A DNA stretch of 35,164 nucleotides, from positions 1-35,164 of the forward strand of contig JAOMYS010000001.1 of the NCBI GenBank assembly GCA_028372485.1. Direction: 5' to 3'. The number at the start of each line of letters is the position of its first letter. The first letter of the stretch is position 1. Made by a program: the position numbers and the translations under genes. The notes beneath the pieces are model-generated. The model was given only the letters and a program-made list of their open reading frames with translations. It was not told where the DNA came from and did no database searches. Below, one piece after another: positions 34,671-35,164 of the stretch. The stretch comes from Rickettsiaceae bacterium (GTDB lineage Bacteria > Pseudomonadota > Alphaproteobacteria > Rickettsiales > Rickettsiaceae).

Positions 34671-35164
34671 TCTACCTCTTGCCACAAATCCATCTTATAT
34701 TTATCGCAATATTTTAACATATCAATTGTGTTGGGGTGGTCTTTCCCAAAATCATCAATCTGCGGTTCTCCAAAACATTTATAGCGATAAATATCTTTAG
34801 TTTGACATGATGCTTTTGCCCCCTGCATATAAAGATAACTCACCTGTTCAACGTTGCTCCGCTTATCTTTGTACAAGTAAAAATAAATTTTTTGTGCATC
34901 TCTATATGATGCAATTGCCTGCTCTGCTTTATCTTGGTTAAGCAATATATCTCCTTGTACTACATAACAATCAGCTAAATATAAATTTTCTGAATAATCA
35001 TCTTTCTGTGCGTTCCGTTCTTTATCTTTTAAAAATATTTCTATAGATTTCGTTATATGATCTGATGCATTTAGTATTTGATTTAAACCTAACTCACTTT
35101 TTGCCATTTGCGTATATATTCTAGCAAAAATAATGTGATCTTTTTCTTTGCTTGAATGCATATC
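34667..35164 (-). CDS. TPR-like repeat protein, probably the 3' end of a gene that runs off the window
   Basis: LADCYVVQGDILL...KAEQAIASYRDAQKIY is a TPR-like helix pair; the frame is open to the window edge. Confidence 0.65.
   Translation of the reverse strand, partial: DMHSSKEKDHIIFARIYTQMAKSELGLNQILNASDHITKSIEIFLKDKERNAQKDDYSENLYLADCYVVQGDILLNQDKAEQAIASYRDAQKIYFYLYKDKRSNVEQVSYLYMQGAKASCQTKDIYRYKCFGEPQIDDFGKDHPNTIDMLKYCDKYKMDLWQEVD

Noticed and set aside
1-35164. Integrase, att/tRNA site, rep gene, F-type traI or traM
   Set aside because: No matching motifs seen; they may lie outside the window, so their absence from the element is not claimed.

Overview
AT-rich window almost entirely occupied by an apparently intact conjugative module resembling the Rickettsiales amplified genetic elements (RAGE-like ICE or conjugative plasmid; the host assignment is inference from gene families). 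A long minus-strand F-type T4SS operon (dsbA, three orphans, candidate pilin, traL-E-K-B-V-C, orphan, traW, two orphans, traU, trbC, split traN, traF, traH, traG, lytic transglycosylase, orphan, F-type traD) sits divergent from an XRE regulator. It is followed by an Rpn-family PD-(D/E)XK nuclease and a Ti-type MOBQ relaxase-helicase-primase traA that is divergent from Ti-type traD across a hairpin-rich oriT candidate. Cargo at the left end includes HU-like, WGR-domain and N6-adenine methyltransferase genes. No integrase, rep gene, tRNA, rRNA or CRISPR array was recognised. The most unusual signals are: (1) a 32-aa segment inserted in the TraC ATPase that aligns without gaps to the C-terminal (RpnS antitoxin-like) tail of the element's own Rpn nuclease; (2) an antisense pilin-like ORF nested in the traW 5' end that shares the mature pilin N-terminus with mostly synonymous divergence; (3) TraN split into two separately secreted proteins, with a Trp/His-rich tip and a coiled-coil tail; (4) a 505-bp single-gene cassette bounded by a 20-bp direct repeat derived from the transglycosylase 3' end; (5) an antisense membrane-protein gene convergent on traG (entry-exclusion candidate). 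All family calls come from motif recognition by eye; no database searches were run.
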